Made by a program: the position numbers and the translations under genes. Positions 1 through 7,768 of a DNA stretch of 11,433 bases are shown piece after piece. Under the pieces are notes generated by a model. The model ran no database searches and was not told the DNA's origin. It was given only the letters and a program-made list of their open reading frames with translations. Numbering within the stretch: position 1 is the stretch's first letter; the number at the start of each line of letters is the position of its first letter. Source of the DNA: Candidatus Bipolaricaulia bacterium (lineage in GTDB: Bacteria > Bipolaricaulota > Bipolaricaulia > JBHIAT01); contig JBHIAT010000124.1 in NCBI GenBank assembly GCA_046758705.1, positions 1 to 11,433 on the forward strand, in the 5' to 3' direction.

Positions 1-25
1 ATAGCGATTCACCCGGCTAACCCGT

Positions 26-31
26 TATATT
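26..31 (+). promoter_or_regulatory. Candidate sigma70 -10 element (TATATT), possibly driving a leaderless mRNA for the 38..1210 gene
   Basis: TATATT ends 6 nt before the ATG at 38, and no clear SD lies upstream. A weak -35-like TAGCGA (3/6 match to TTGACA) is at 2..7 with an 18-bp spacer. Confidence 0.35.
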
Positions 32-37
32 TAGAGT

Positions 38-1210
38 ATGTCAACACCATCACAGATGACACCCCGGGAGAGGATATGGAGCGCGCTCCAGCACAAAGAA
101 CCGGACCAGGTTCCGTATGACCTGGGCAGTACGCAGGTGACCAGCATCCACAGGATCGCCTACCGGAACTTGCTCCAGCATCTCGGCATGGAGCAAGCGC
201 TGGAGAAGGAGCTCCGGATCTTCGACCGGGCTCAGCAACTTCCTTACCTGGATGAGGATCTGCTCGTACGATGCCACGCCGATGTTCGCGGTTTAGCACC
301 CCAGGGCCCTGATTGTCCGGAGGTCGAAGCGGATGGGCGGCGATCGTTCACCGATGCTTACGGCATCACCTGGACGATGCCGAAGGACGGCCTCTACTAT
401 GACATGACCAGCCATCCGCTCAGTGAGCTCACGCTCACCGATGAGGCGGTGGACCAACTCCCTTTACCCCAACCCGAAGCGCTCACTCAGGTCGCGGGCC
501 TGAGGGAGAAGGGGGAGCGGATCCACCGGGAGTCCGACCAGGCTATGATCGCTATCATCCTGAGCGGCGGGATCTTCGAACAGTCGTTCTGGGTCCGAGG
601 GTTCAAGAACTTCTACCTCGATCTGGCCCGGCATCCATCACAAGCCTGCGGCCTGATGGATCGGCTGATGGAGCTTCGGTTGGCCTGCTGGGAGATCATC
701 CTGGAGGAGGTCGGCGATCTGATCCAGGTGGTGATGGAAGCGGATGATCTCGCCACCCAGCAGAGTCTGATGACCTCTCCTGAGATGTATCGAAAGTATG
801 TGAAGCCCCGACACCGACGGATCACCTCGTTCATCAAGCAAACGGCGCCGGGACCGATCCACATCTTCTTCCACTCCTGTGGCTCGGTCTACGATCTGAT
901 TCCCGACCTGATCGAGGCCGGTTTTGACATCCTCAATCCGGTACAGGTCAGTGCTGCCAAGATGGATACGAAGCAGCTCAAGAAGCAGTTTGGCAAGGAT
1001 CTGACGTTCTGGGGCGGTGGAGTAGACACCCAGCATGTGCTTCCCCATGGGACACCAGCTGAAGTCAAAGACGAAGTCAAGCGACGCATCGACGATCTCG
1101 CACCGGGAGGCGGGTTTGTCTTCTCCACCGTCCATAATATTCAGGCCGATGTGCCTCCGGAGAACATCGTGGCCATGTGGGAAGCGCTCCAGGAGTACGG
1201 CAAATACTAG
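38..1210 (+). CDS. Uroporphyrinogen decarboxylase-family protein, MtaA/MtsA/CmuA-like corrinoid methyltransferase type
   Basis: 390 aa. N-terminal MTPRERI..AL.HKEPD.VP motif; DDLATQQSLMTSPEMYRKYVKP; Zn-type H-x-C motif FFHSCG (His codon at 872); FWGGGVDTQ..LP.GTP.EV; GGGFVFSTVHNIQADVPPENI. It lies directly upstream of a corrinoid protein gene, which argues against a true HemE. Confidence 0.88.
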   Translation: MSTPSQMTPRERIWSALQHKEPDQVPYDLGSTQVTSIHRIAYRNLLQHLGMEQALEKELRIFDRAQQLPYLDEDLLVRCHADVRGLAPQGPDCPEVEADGRRSFTDAYGITWTMPKDGLYYDMTSHPLSELTLTDEAVDQLPLPQPEALTQVAGLREKGERIHRESDQAMIAIILSGGIFEQSFWVRGFKNFYLDLARHPSQACGLMDRLMELRLACWEIILEEVGDLIQVVMEADDLATQQSLMTSPEMYRKYVKPRHRRITSFIKQTAPGPIHIFFHSCGSVYDLIPDLIEAGFDILNPVQVSAAKMDTKQLKKQFGKDLTFWGGGVDTQHVLPHGTPAEVKDEVKRRIDDLAPGGGFVFSTVHNIQADVPPENIVAMWEALQEYGKY

Positions 1211-1243
1211 AACCTGAAAACTGAAAGAAGGGAGCTGAAGCAT

Positions 1244-1894
1244 GTGAGTATAGATAAGACATTGCTCAATCAGTTGCAGCAGGCGGTGCTGGTCGGCGAT
1301 GAGGAGACCGTCCAGCAGTTGACGGAGACCGCCCTCGAAGGGGGAGTGGCACCCGGCGATCTGCTGGACCAAGCGCTTATCTCAGCGATGGATCAGGTCG
1401 GGGAGGAGTTCTCCTGTGGTCAACGCTACATTCCCGAGATGCTCATCTCAGCCGAGGCGATGAAGGCGGCCATGGAGATTCTGAAGCCGAAGTTGATCGA
1501 ATCCCAGGTGAAGGCCAAGGGGAAGGTGGTGATGGGCACCGTCGAGGGTGACCTGCACGACATCGGCCAGTCGTTGGTGTCGATGATGCTGGAGGGGGCC
1601 GGGTTCGAGATTCATACCCTGGGAACCGAGACGCTGGCGGACAGGTTCGTGACGGCGGTCCGTGAGCACGAAGCGGATTTGGTGGGGATGTCAGCGTTGC
1701 TAACGACGACCATGACGAATATGCCCAAGGTGATCGAGGCATTTGAGGCAGCGGGGTTGCGGGACCGGGTGAAGATCATGATCGGTGGTGCCCCGGTGAC
1801 CCAGGAGTACGCCGATAAGATCGGAGCCGACGGCTTTGCTCCGGACGCCGCCTCAGCGGTGAAGCTGGCCGAGCGGCTCCTTGAGATGAAGTAA
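1244..1894 (+). CDS. Corrinoid (cobalamin-binding) protein of a methyltransferase system, MtaC/MtbC/MttC/MtsB-like
   Basis: 216 aa. Cap domain (AMDQVGEEF...YIPEMLISAEAMKAAM) followed by the base-off/His-on motif GDLHDIG (DLHDIG at 1550..1567), VGMSALLTTT and IMIGGAPVT..YA..IGADG. GTG start 9 nt after the SD GGGAG (1230..1234). Confidence 0.95.
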   Translation: MSIDKTLLNQLQQAVLVGDEETVQQLTETALEGGVAPGDLLDQALISAMDQVGEEFSCGQRYIPEMLISAEAMKAAMEILKPKLIESQVKAKGKVVMGTVEGDLHDIGQSLVSMMLEGAGFEIHTLGTETLADRFVTAVREHEADLVGMSALLTTTMTNMPKVIEAFEAAGLRDRVKIMIGGAPVTQEYADKIGADGFAPDAASAVKLAERLLEMK

Positions 1895-1909
1895 GTGAAG
1901 TACCGAGTT

Positions 1910-1929
1910 CAGGGATAACCCTGTTTATA
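1910..1929 (+). terminator. Weak intrinsic terminator candidate between convergent genes
   Basis: CAGGG-ATAA-CCCTG hairpin (1910..1923) followed by TTTATA, in the 59-bp gap between the corrinoid and lyase stop codons. CGAGTT (1904..1909) can also pair with GACTCG (1941..1946). Confidence 0.4.
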
Positions 1930-1953
1930 CAAGATCAAACGACTCGACATCGT

Positions 1954-3243
1954 TTAAACTGCTGTCAATGCTTGCTCCAGGTCGACGACCAGATCCTCCG
2001 GATTCTCCACCCCGACAGACAGCCGGATCATCTTCTCGCTGATTCCCATCCGACATCTCTCCTCTGGGTCCACGTCTGCGTGGGTCATCGTGGCCGGATG
2101 TTCGGCCAGCGATTCGGTGCCGCCGAGGCTGACGGCCAACTTGATGAGCTTCAGCGCGTTTAGTAAACGAAACGCCTCCGCCTCACCGCCCACAATATCG
2201 AAGGAGATCATCGCGCCAGGTGCCAGGCATTGTTTCCGGTAAATCGGGTACTGCGGATCAGCTTCGGTCAGGTGGCCCAGGTAGTAAACGCGTTCAACCT
2301 TAGGATGATCAGCCAGGAAATCAGCGACGTAGCGAGCGTTCTTCATCTGACAGGTCATCCGGAGCTTCAGGGTCTCCAAACTCCGGAGCAGCAACCAACC
2401 GGTCCATGGCCCGGCCATCGTCCCCAAAAACGTCCTCAACGTCCGCACCTGCTCCATGAGCTCGGCGGACCCGAGGCACACCCCCGCGATCACATCGCTG
2501 TGTCCACCAATGTATTTGGTCGCGGAATACAGGACCAGATCCGCGCCATGCTGAAGTGGATGCTGCCAGAGCGGCCCGAGGAAGGTGTTGTCAACCACTA
2601 CGATGACGCGTCGGTCCGATGATGAGTATCGGCGGGCCATCTCAACACACCGTTCGATATCCACAAGATCGTTCGTTGGGTTTGCAGGGGTCTCGACAAA
2701 GATCATGGCGAGACGGTCAGCGAGCTCCAAATCCATGAGGGTTGCTTCAATCTCCCTGAACTGGGTGCCCGCCTTGAAGCCGAGAGGCCGAATTCCGAAC
2801 CGGGTCAGGATATGCTTGAGAAAATAGTCCGTTCCACCGTACACCGGCTCGCTATGCAGAATCACATCGCCGGGTCTCAACAACTGAAGCAGCATCGTGC
2901 TGATCGCCGCCATGCCACTCTGAAAGACGGCACACGCTTCGGCTTGATCCCATAAGGTCAGCCGATCCTCCAAGATCTCTATGTCCGGGTTGTTCAACCG
3001 GCTATAGATGAGACCAAACTCCTCCCGGGGTCCCTTTTCCCGCAGTCCGAGTGCGAGCTCAAAGAACTCCTTTCCCGCCTCCGCACTTTGGAAGACGAAG
3101 GTCGACGTCTGGAAGATCGGGCACTTGATGGAGCCTTCGGACCAATCGCATCGATACCCGTAGCTCATCATCAGACTTTCGGGATGCAGAGGTCTCCCCT
3201 GAATATGAGCTTCCCACTTAGGCTTTTGCTCTTTTATCGCCAT
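1954..3243 (-). CDS. PLP-dependent Cys/Met metabolism enzyme, methionine gamma-lyase / cystathionine gamma-synthase family
   Basis: PIFQTSTFVF, YSRLNNP, SGMAAI, ETPANPT, VVDNTF, the PLP-lysine motif YSATKYIGGHSD, and LAVSLGGTESLAEHPATMTH. The N-terminus LHPESLMMSYGY...SEGSIK.P resembles, from memory, the methionine gamma-lyase subfamily with an extended N-terminus. Start moved from the track's 3264 to ATG 3243 because GGAGG (3254..3250) sits 6 nt upstream. Confidence 0.9.
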   Translation of the reverse strand: MAIKEQKPKWEAHIQGRPLHPESLMMSYGYRCDWSEGSIKCPIFQTSTFVFQSAEAGKEFFELALGLREKGPREEFGLIYSRLNNPDIEILEDRLTLWDQAEACAVFQSGMAAISTMLLQLLRPGDVILHSEPVYGGTDYFLKHILTRFGIRPLGFKAGTQFREIEATLMDLELADRLAMIFVETPANPTNDLVDIERCVEMARRYSSSDRRVIVVVDNTFLGPLWQHPLQHGADLVLYSATKYIGGHSDVIAGVCLGSAELMEQVRTLRTFLGTMAGPWTGWLLLRSLETLKLRMTCQMKNARYVADFLADHPKVERVYYLGHLTEADPQYPIYRKQCLAPGAMISFDIVGGEAEAFRLLNALKLIKLAVSLGGTESLAEHPATMTHADVDPEERCRMGISEKMIRLSVGVENPEDLVVDLEQALTAV

Positions 3244-3257
3244 CGCTCGCCTCCGGT

Positions 3258-3288
3258 TTGACAATTTCTTCTCCCGTCACCTATCTTA
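3258..3288. promoter_or_regulatory. sigma70 promoter for thyX (TTGACA-N18-TATCTT) with an overlapping opposite-strand -10 (TAAGAT) facing the lyase gene
   Basis: Perfect TTGACA at 3258..3263 and TATCTT at 3282..3287 on +. TAAGAT at 3288..3283 on -. The divergent intergenic region is only 63 bp. Confidence 0.65.
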
Positions 3289-3306
3289 CCCATGAAAGGG
3301 GGGATA

Positions 3307-4878
3307 ATGCCTGAACAGGAACCGACGAAGCACAAGGAACACGAGATTTACACAGTTCTCGGTGCGCTCCCTGAACCGGGTGGCTATGGGCTGGCGAAGT
3401 TCTCTCGTTCGGCCCGCCCGTACAAGGACTGGGTCCGGGAGCTGTCCCAGGCGGGGGCGGAGCGGTTCTATGAGGCGTTCTACTTCAAGTACGGTCACGC
3501 CAGCATCGCTGATTTAACACATATCGCCCTTGCTTTAGAGACGCTCTCCAATGTCGCCACCGTAGAAGTCTGGGACTATCCACTCCTAGACGGACAGGAG
3601 TCCTCTACCCGCTATCAGGACTTTCAGGAGCGGGGTGTCCATTTCCCCGCCGAGCTTCGCGGGACCCGGTTTGAAGGTCCGTTCCGTGAGACAACCGACC
3701 GCCTGATCGCCACCTACGCAGAGCTTCACAGCGCGCTGACCGAAGCGATGGAGGCGGAACATCGCTCGGAACGGCCTGAAGGGATGAGCGATGCGGCCTA
3801 CTGGCGCACCATCCGAGCCCGGGCCTTCGATGTGGCACGCTATCTGCTGCCGACCGGCATCCTCACCGGGATGGGCATCATTCTGAACGCTCGGACGGCG
3901 GAACAGATGATCGGGGATCTGTTAGCCCATCCGCTAGAGGAGGTGCGCGAAGTCGGTCAGGAAATCAAAGCGGCGATCAAGGAGCGACCCGCATTCAACC
4001 TGATTCAGGAGAAGCTGGAACCGCTCCTCGACGAACTGCTTGAGCTGTCAGACGGGGACGATCGTACCAAACAGATCATCGAAGAGATCCAACAAGTGAC
4101 CTACTTCGATGCGCCCTTGGCCCCGACGCTCGTCAAGTATACCGAGCCGAACCAGTACCGCCGTGATACCTACGCTGACCTTATGTCTTATGCCACGGCG
4201 TTGCTCGCCGATCTCGGCGAACCGGATGGGACGCGAGGGGTTGAGCTGTTCACCGCGCTCGATCTTGAAGACGAGCTGCTCGCCTCGATCCTTTACAAAG
4301 TCAACCCTTACTCCTACTCCTTCCGCCAGATCATCAACAAGCTGTCCCAACTTTCACAACGCGAGCGGGACGATCTACTCAAGCTCGTCTACAAACATCG
4401 TGGGCAGTACGACACGCCGATCCGGGAGACGGCAAGCGGTTACCGACTCATCTACGACCTGTGTCTGGACAACGGGTCGTTCCGGGATCTCCATCGCCAC
4501 CGACGCTGCATCCAGATCATCAAGGATCTCGGCCCCACGTACGGCTACGACATCCCCGATGCGATCGAGCACTACGACCTGACCGCTGCCTACCGAACCG
4601 TGATGGAGGCAACGGGGGAGCTGGCGGTTGAGATCGAACAGGAACACCTGCTCGTCTCCCAATTCCTGCTGCCGCTGGGGTTCCGTCGTCGGGTGCTCTT
4701 CAAGATGGACTTCGCTGAGCTCGCCTACATCGTCGAGAACCGCACCCCGGCGGAGGGCCATTTCTCGTATCGGGAGCTCTCCTGGGGTATGTACACAGCG
4801 GCCCAAGAGAAATACCCTCGGTTGACGCGCCACATCCGGGCCGTCGATCCGGAACAAAGCGCGTTCTTTGACCGGTAG
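3307..4878 (+). CDS. thyX: FAD-dependent thymidylate synthase, tandem two-domain ThyX type
   Basis: About 523 aa, twice the size of a single-domain ThyX. The N-half has YGHASIAD, QESSTRYQDF (3595..) and ARAFDVARYLLP. The C-half has SFRDLHRHRR (RDLHRHR at 4483..4503) and ELAYIVENRT..EGHFSYR. Start set at ATG 3307 after AAAGGGGGG; the track's ATG 3292 lies at or upstream of the predicted TSS. Confidence 0.88.
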   Translation: MPEQEPTKHKEHEIYTVLGALPEPGGYGLAKFSRSARPYKDWVRELSQAGAERFYEAFYFKYGHASIADLTHIALALETLSNVATVEVWDYPLLDGQESSTRYQDFQERGVHFPAELRGTRFEGPFRETTDRLIATYAELHSALTEAMEAEHRSERPEGMSDAAYWRTIRARAFDVARYLLPTGILTGMGIILNARTAEQMIGDLLAHPLEEVREVGQEIKAAIKERPAFNLIQEKLEPLLDELLELSDGDDRTKQIIEEIQQVTYFDAPLAPTLVKYTEPNQYRRDTYADLMSYATALLADLGEPDGTRGVELFTALDLEDELLASILYKVNPYSYSFRQIINKLSQLSQRERDDLLKLVYKHRGQYDTPIRETASGYRLIYDLCLDNGSFRDLHRHRRCIQIIKDLGPTYGYDIPDAIEHYDLTAAYRTVMEATGELAVEIEQEHLLVSQFLLPLGFRRRVLFKMDFAELAYIVENRTPAEGHFSYRELSWGMYTAAQEKYPRLTRHIRAVDPEQSAFFDR

Positions 4879-4891
4879 CTTTTCGATCGAT

Positions 4892-6649
4892 TCAGGTGAT
4901 GAGTTCAAACTTTTCGGTATCGATGAGACCCCGGTCGGTGAGGCGCAACGACTCGATGACCGCCAACGGGACCAGTGAAAAGTTCATGAACGGATGGTTG
5001 AGCGTCGCGCCCAGGCTCCAGAGTGTCTCTTCGATCTGCCGCACCTTTTGTGCGACGGTCTCGGCTGACTCCTCGGACATCAAGCCGGCGATCGGCAGTT
5101 CGAGGAGCGCCCGGGTCTGGCCGTTCACCACCACGATCAGCCCCCCGCTGATCTCAGCGAGCCGATTGGCGGCGGTCGCCATGTCCTCGTCGTTCGTTCC
5201 AATCACGATGAGGTTGTGGGCATCGTGGCCGACGGTAGAGGCATAGGCGCCCTCCCGGATTCCAAAACCCTTCACCATGCCGAGGCCGATTCGTCCCGAG
5301 GTGGTGTGACGCTCGATGACAGCACATTTGAGCAGATCCTGACTCGGATCTGCCTCGACTTCGCCAGGCTCCACCTCGAATGCCAGGTGATCGGTGCGGA
5401 CATCCTCGTTGCGCAACCCGATCACATGGAGCGTTCCCTCGGAAGCCAGTGTGAAATCCTCGGGGGTCAGCTTGTGCCCGATGTGGACGGTGTCGGTCAC
5501 CGGGCTCGTGTCGACCGGGGCGGCCTCCTCCTTCCACTCATCGAAGAAGATGCCCTCAATCATGACACGTTCCACCCGAACCTGAGGCAGGTCTGACAGG
5601 AAGACGATATCGGCCAGCCGCCCTGGGGTGATGCTGCCGACTTCGTGGTCGAGCCGGTAGTGCGTCACCGGGTTGAGGGTCACCATCTGGATTGCCTCGA
5701 CCGGACGGACCCCGCTGACGATCGCCATCCGGACCGCCTCATCGACATGACCCGCTTCGACAAGATCACCGGCGTGGCGATCGTCGGTGCACAGGCAGAT
5801 GCGGCGCGAGTCGATCCCCGCTTCGGTGACCGCTCGGACCGTGTCCTTCACATCCGGCCAGCCGCTTCCCTGCCTCAGGTAGGTGTAGAGGCCGGCGCGG
5901 ACGCGCTCCAGGCAATCCTGCTTGGTGATGCTCTCGTGGCAGCTGGTGATGCCGGCGGCGGCGAACGCATTGAGCTCCTTGCCCAGCAGGCTATGGGAGT
6001 GCCCTTCGACGACCTTTTCCGCTTGGAGTGTCGCAGCGATCTCACCATGGACCTTGGGATCGTTGAAGATGACTCCAGGATAGTTCATCATCTCCCCGAG
6101 GGCGATCGTCTCCGGCCAGGTCATCGCTTCAGCCACCTCCTCAGGGCCGATCCGGGCGCCGGAGGTCTCGAACTGCTCGGCGGTGGCCGGCACGCACGAC
6201 GGATAGGTGGAGTATCCTTTAAGCAGCGTCCGATCCAGATCGCGCTGCATCCAGCGGATCCCGGTGTCTCCCAGCACGTTGCCGATCTCATGGCTGTCGT
6301 AGAAAACGGTCGTCGTCCCGTGAGGGATGACCGCCTTGGCAAACTCCCGGGGGCGCATCAGCGAGCTTTCGATATGTTCGTGGGCATCGAGAAAACCCGG
6401 AACCAGGTACATATCTTCGGCATCGATCTCCCGAGCGCCGCGTCGCGCCCCCTCCGCCAACTCTTCGGCGGGGCCCAGGAACGCGACCCGTCCTGCCTTG
6501 ATCGCGATCACAAATCCCGCGTGAATCTCTCCACTGCAGACGTTCACCACCCTGCCGTTGGTGATGATTGTGTCAGCACCTTCCCGACCCATCGCCACAT
6601 CGACCAACTGCTGGGCAACCTGATAGAGTGGCTTGCTTATGGCACTCAT
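4892..6649 (-). CDS. ade: Adenine deaminase (amidohydrolase superfamily, AdeC/AdeD type)
   Basis: 585 aa. PGFLDAHEHIESS (HxH), PHGTTT...DSHEIGNVLG, PSCVPAT, LGEMMNYPGV, EGH, SCHE, CTDD, and C-terminal domain motifs VIERH, STVGHDAHN and LPIAGLMS. SD AAGGAG overlaps the upstream gene's stop codon. Confidence 0.93.
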   Translation of the reverse strand: MSAISKPLYQVAQQLVDVAMGREGADTIITNGRVVNVCSGEIHAGFVIAIKAGRVAFLGPAEELAEGARRGAREIDAEDMYLVPGFLDAHEHIESSLMRPREFAKAVIPHGTTTVFYDSHEIGNVLGDTGIRWMQRDLDRTLLKGYSTYPSCVPATAEQFETSGARIGPEEVAEAMTWPETIALGEMMNYPGVIFNDPKVHGEIAATLQAEKVVEGHSHSLLGKELNAFAAAGITSCHESITKQDCLERVRAGLYTYLRQGSGWPDVKDTVRAVTEAGIDSRRICLCTDDRHAGDLVEAGHVDEAVRMAIVSGVRPVEAIQMVTLNPVTHYRLDHEVGSITPGRLADIVFLSDLPQVRVERVMIEGIFFDEWKEEAAPVDTSPVTDTVHIGHKLTPEDFTLASEGTLHVIGLRNEDVRTDHLAFEVEPGEVEADPSQDLLKCAVIERHTTSGRIGLGMVKGFGIREGAYASTVGHDAHNLIVIGTNDEDMATAANRLAEISGGLIVVVNGQTRALLELPIAGLMSEESAETVAQKVRQIEETLWSLGATLNHPFMNFSLVPLAVIESLRLTDRGLIDTEKFELIT

Positions 6650-6667
6650 CGCTTCAGATTCACTCCT

Positions 6668-7753
6668 TTAGACACCACTGATGCCGTCAACCCAAAAATC
6701 CATCCTGCGCAGTTCATCATCGCTCATGCCCGGGAAGATCTCTCGCTTCGCGGAAATAAGCACGTTGCGCTCTTCCAACACGGCCTTGATCACGTCATTG
6801 GGAACTGCTCTGCCGAAAGGACCCAGATCTGAGAGACCGTATTTTCCGCCTATCGGCTCCCAGGTGTCGGTGTCCTCCCATGTTCCGTCAATGCTCGCCT
6901 GGACACGGGAGCGATAGTAAGGACCCCAGTTCAGCACATTGTTCACCATATTGGTGTTGGGTGCAAAGCGCCGCATATCGACATTGCTGCCGGTGTTCAA
7001 CACGCCCGTCTCCTCACCGGCTTCGAGGACAGCGGGTGAATCCAGGTAAGTACTTAAGGTGGAAACCCCGGTGTCAACCAACGCAAGGCCGGCCTCTTTC
7101 TCTAGTAGGGGATTAAACCAGGTATTGAGGAACACGACTCGGGTCTGTGCTTCAGGAAGGACATTTCGAAGCCCCACATGGTAAGCATTGGCGGTCCGAA
7201 TCGTCAACGGGAACTTGAAGCTGGTGACATACCCGGCGATCGGGTCTGTCATCCCAAGATGACGCAGCATCTGCCCGGCTGTGAATCCTTTGAGATACTC
7301 AAGTTGATACAGCCGGGGGTAATAGCTGGATAGGTTCGAAAGGCGCCTCAGCCGAGTCGGATCGGTGAACTCAAAACCCACATTCGGAAATTGCGGAGCA
7401 AGTTCTAACAGTTGAGGTTGGTAACTTGCTGAACAAGCGAAGATGAGTCTTACGCCCTGAGCGATGAACTGACGAGCGACTCGGTCAAAATCCGGCTCAA
7501 CCACCGCTTCGGCAACCATGGTGTCGACGTTCGTCATCCGTTGGGCCACATCCAGACGACCCTGCTCGTGACTCCACGACCAACCAAAGTCTCCGATCGG
7601 CCCGACAAGAATCCAAGCGACCTTCGCGTCCTGGCCGACCGCGATCGTGCGCGGCACGGCCGCCAGGAGCGCCCCTCCGATCCCGACCGCAGCCTGTCTC
7701 AAGAACTGCCGCCGGCTTAATTTTTGGCCCGGTTTACGGTTTGGTTCCCTCAC
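6668..7753 (-). CDS. BMP/PnrA-family ABC transporter substrate-binding protein (likely purine/nucleoside) with a twin-arginine signal peptide
   Basis: KVAWILVGPIGDFGWSWSHEQGR, FLNTWFNP..EKEA..AL and NWGPYY...V.....GTW are typical BMP motifs. SRRQFL plus a hydrophobic stretch is a Tat signal, and there is no lipobox Cys. Start moved from the track's 7789 to GTG 7753, 9 nt after GGAGG (7767..7763). Confidence 0.88.
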   Translation of the reverse strand: MREPNRKPGQKLSRRQFLRQAAVGIGGALLAAVPRTIAVGQDAKVAWILVGPIGDFGWSWSHEQGRLDVAQRMTNVDTMVAEAVVEPDFDRVARQFIAQGVRLIFACSASYQPQLLELAPQFPNVGFEFTDPTRLRRLSNLSSYYPRLYQLEYLKGFTAGQMLRHLGMTDPIAGYVTSFKFPLTIRTANAYHVGLRNVLPEAQTRVVFLNTWFNPLLEKEAGLALVDTGVSTLSTYLDSPAVLEAGEETGVLNTGSNVDMRRFAPNTNMVNNVLNWGPYYRSRVQASIDGTWEDTDTWEPIGGKYGLSDLGPFGRAVPNDVIKAVLEERNVLISAKREIFPGMSDDELRRMDFWVDGISGV

Positions 7754-7768
7754 CGGCAACCACCTCCC

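Noticed and set aside
38..1210. Calling the first gene hemE
   Set aside because: It has the H-x-C Zn-type motif and a corrinoid neighbour, and lacks the W.MRQAGR N-terminal signature of true uroporphyrinogen decarboxylases.
638..1372. 244-aa minus-strand ORF and other short ORFs overlapping the first four genes
   Set aside because: Antisense or out-of-frame shadows of well-supported genes in GC-rich DNA, with no motifs or RBS support.
1910..1927. AGGGATAAC resembles part of an I-SceI site or a 23S rRNA motif
   Set aside because: Only 9 nt match and the flanks do not. Better explained as a short hairpin.
4892..6649. The deaminase as an N6-methyladenine deaminase feeding methylamine to the corrinoid system
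   Set aside because: It retains the canonical adenine deaminase motifs (DxHE, CTDD, HDxHN), and no methylamine methyltransferase is present in the window. There is no positive evidence.
5645..6832. 395-aa plus-strand ORF
   Set aside because: Antisense shadow of ade and the BMP gene 3' end, with no recognisable protein features.
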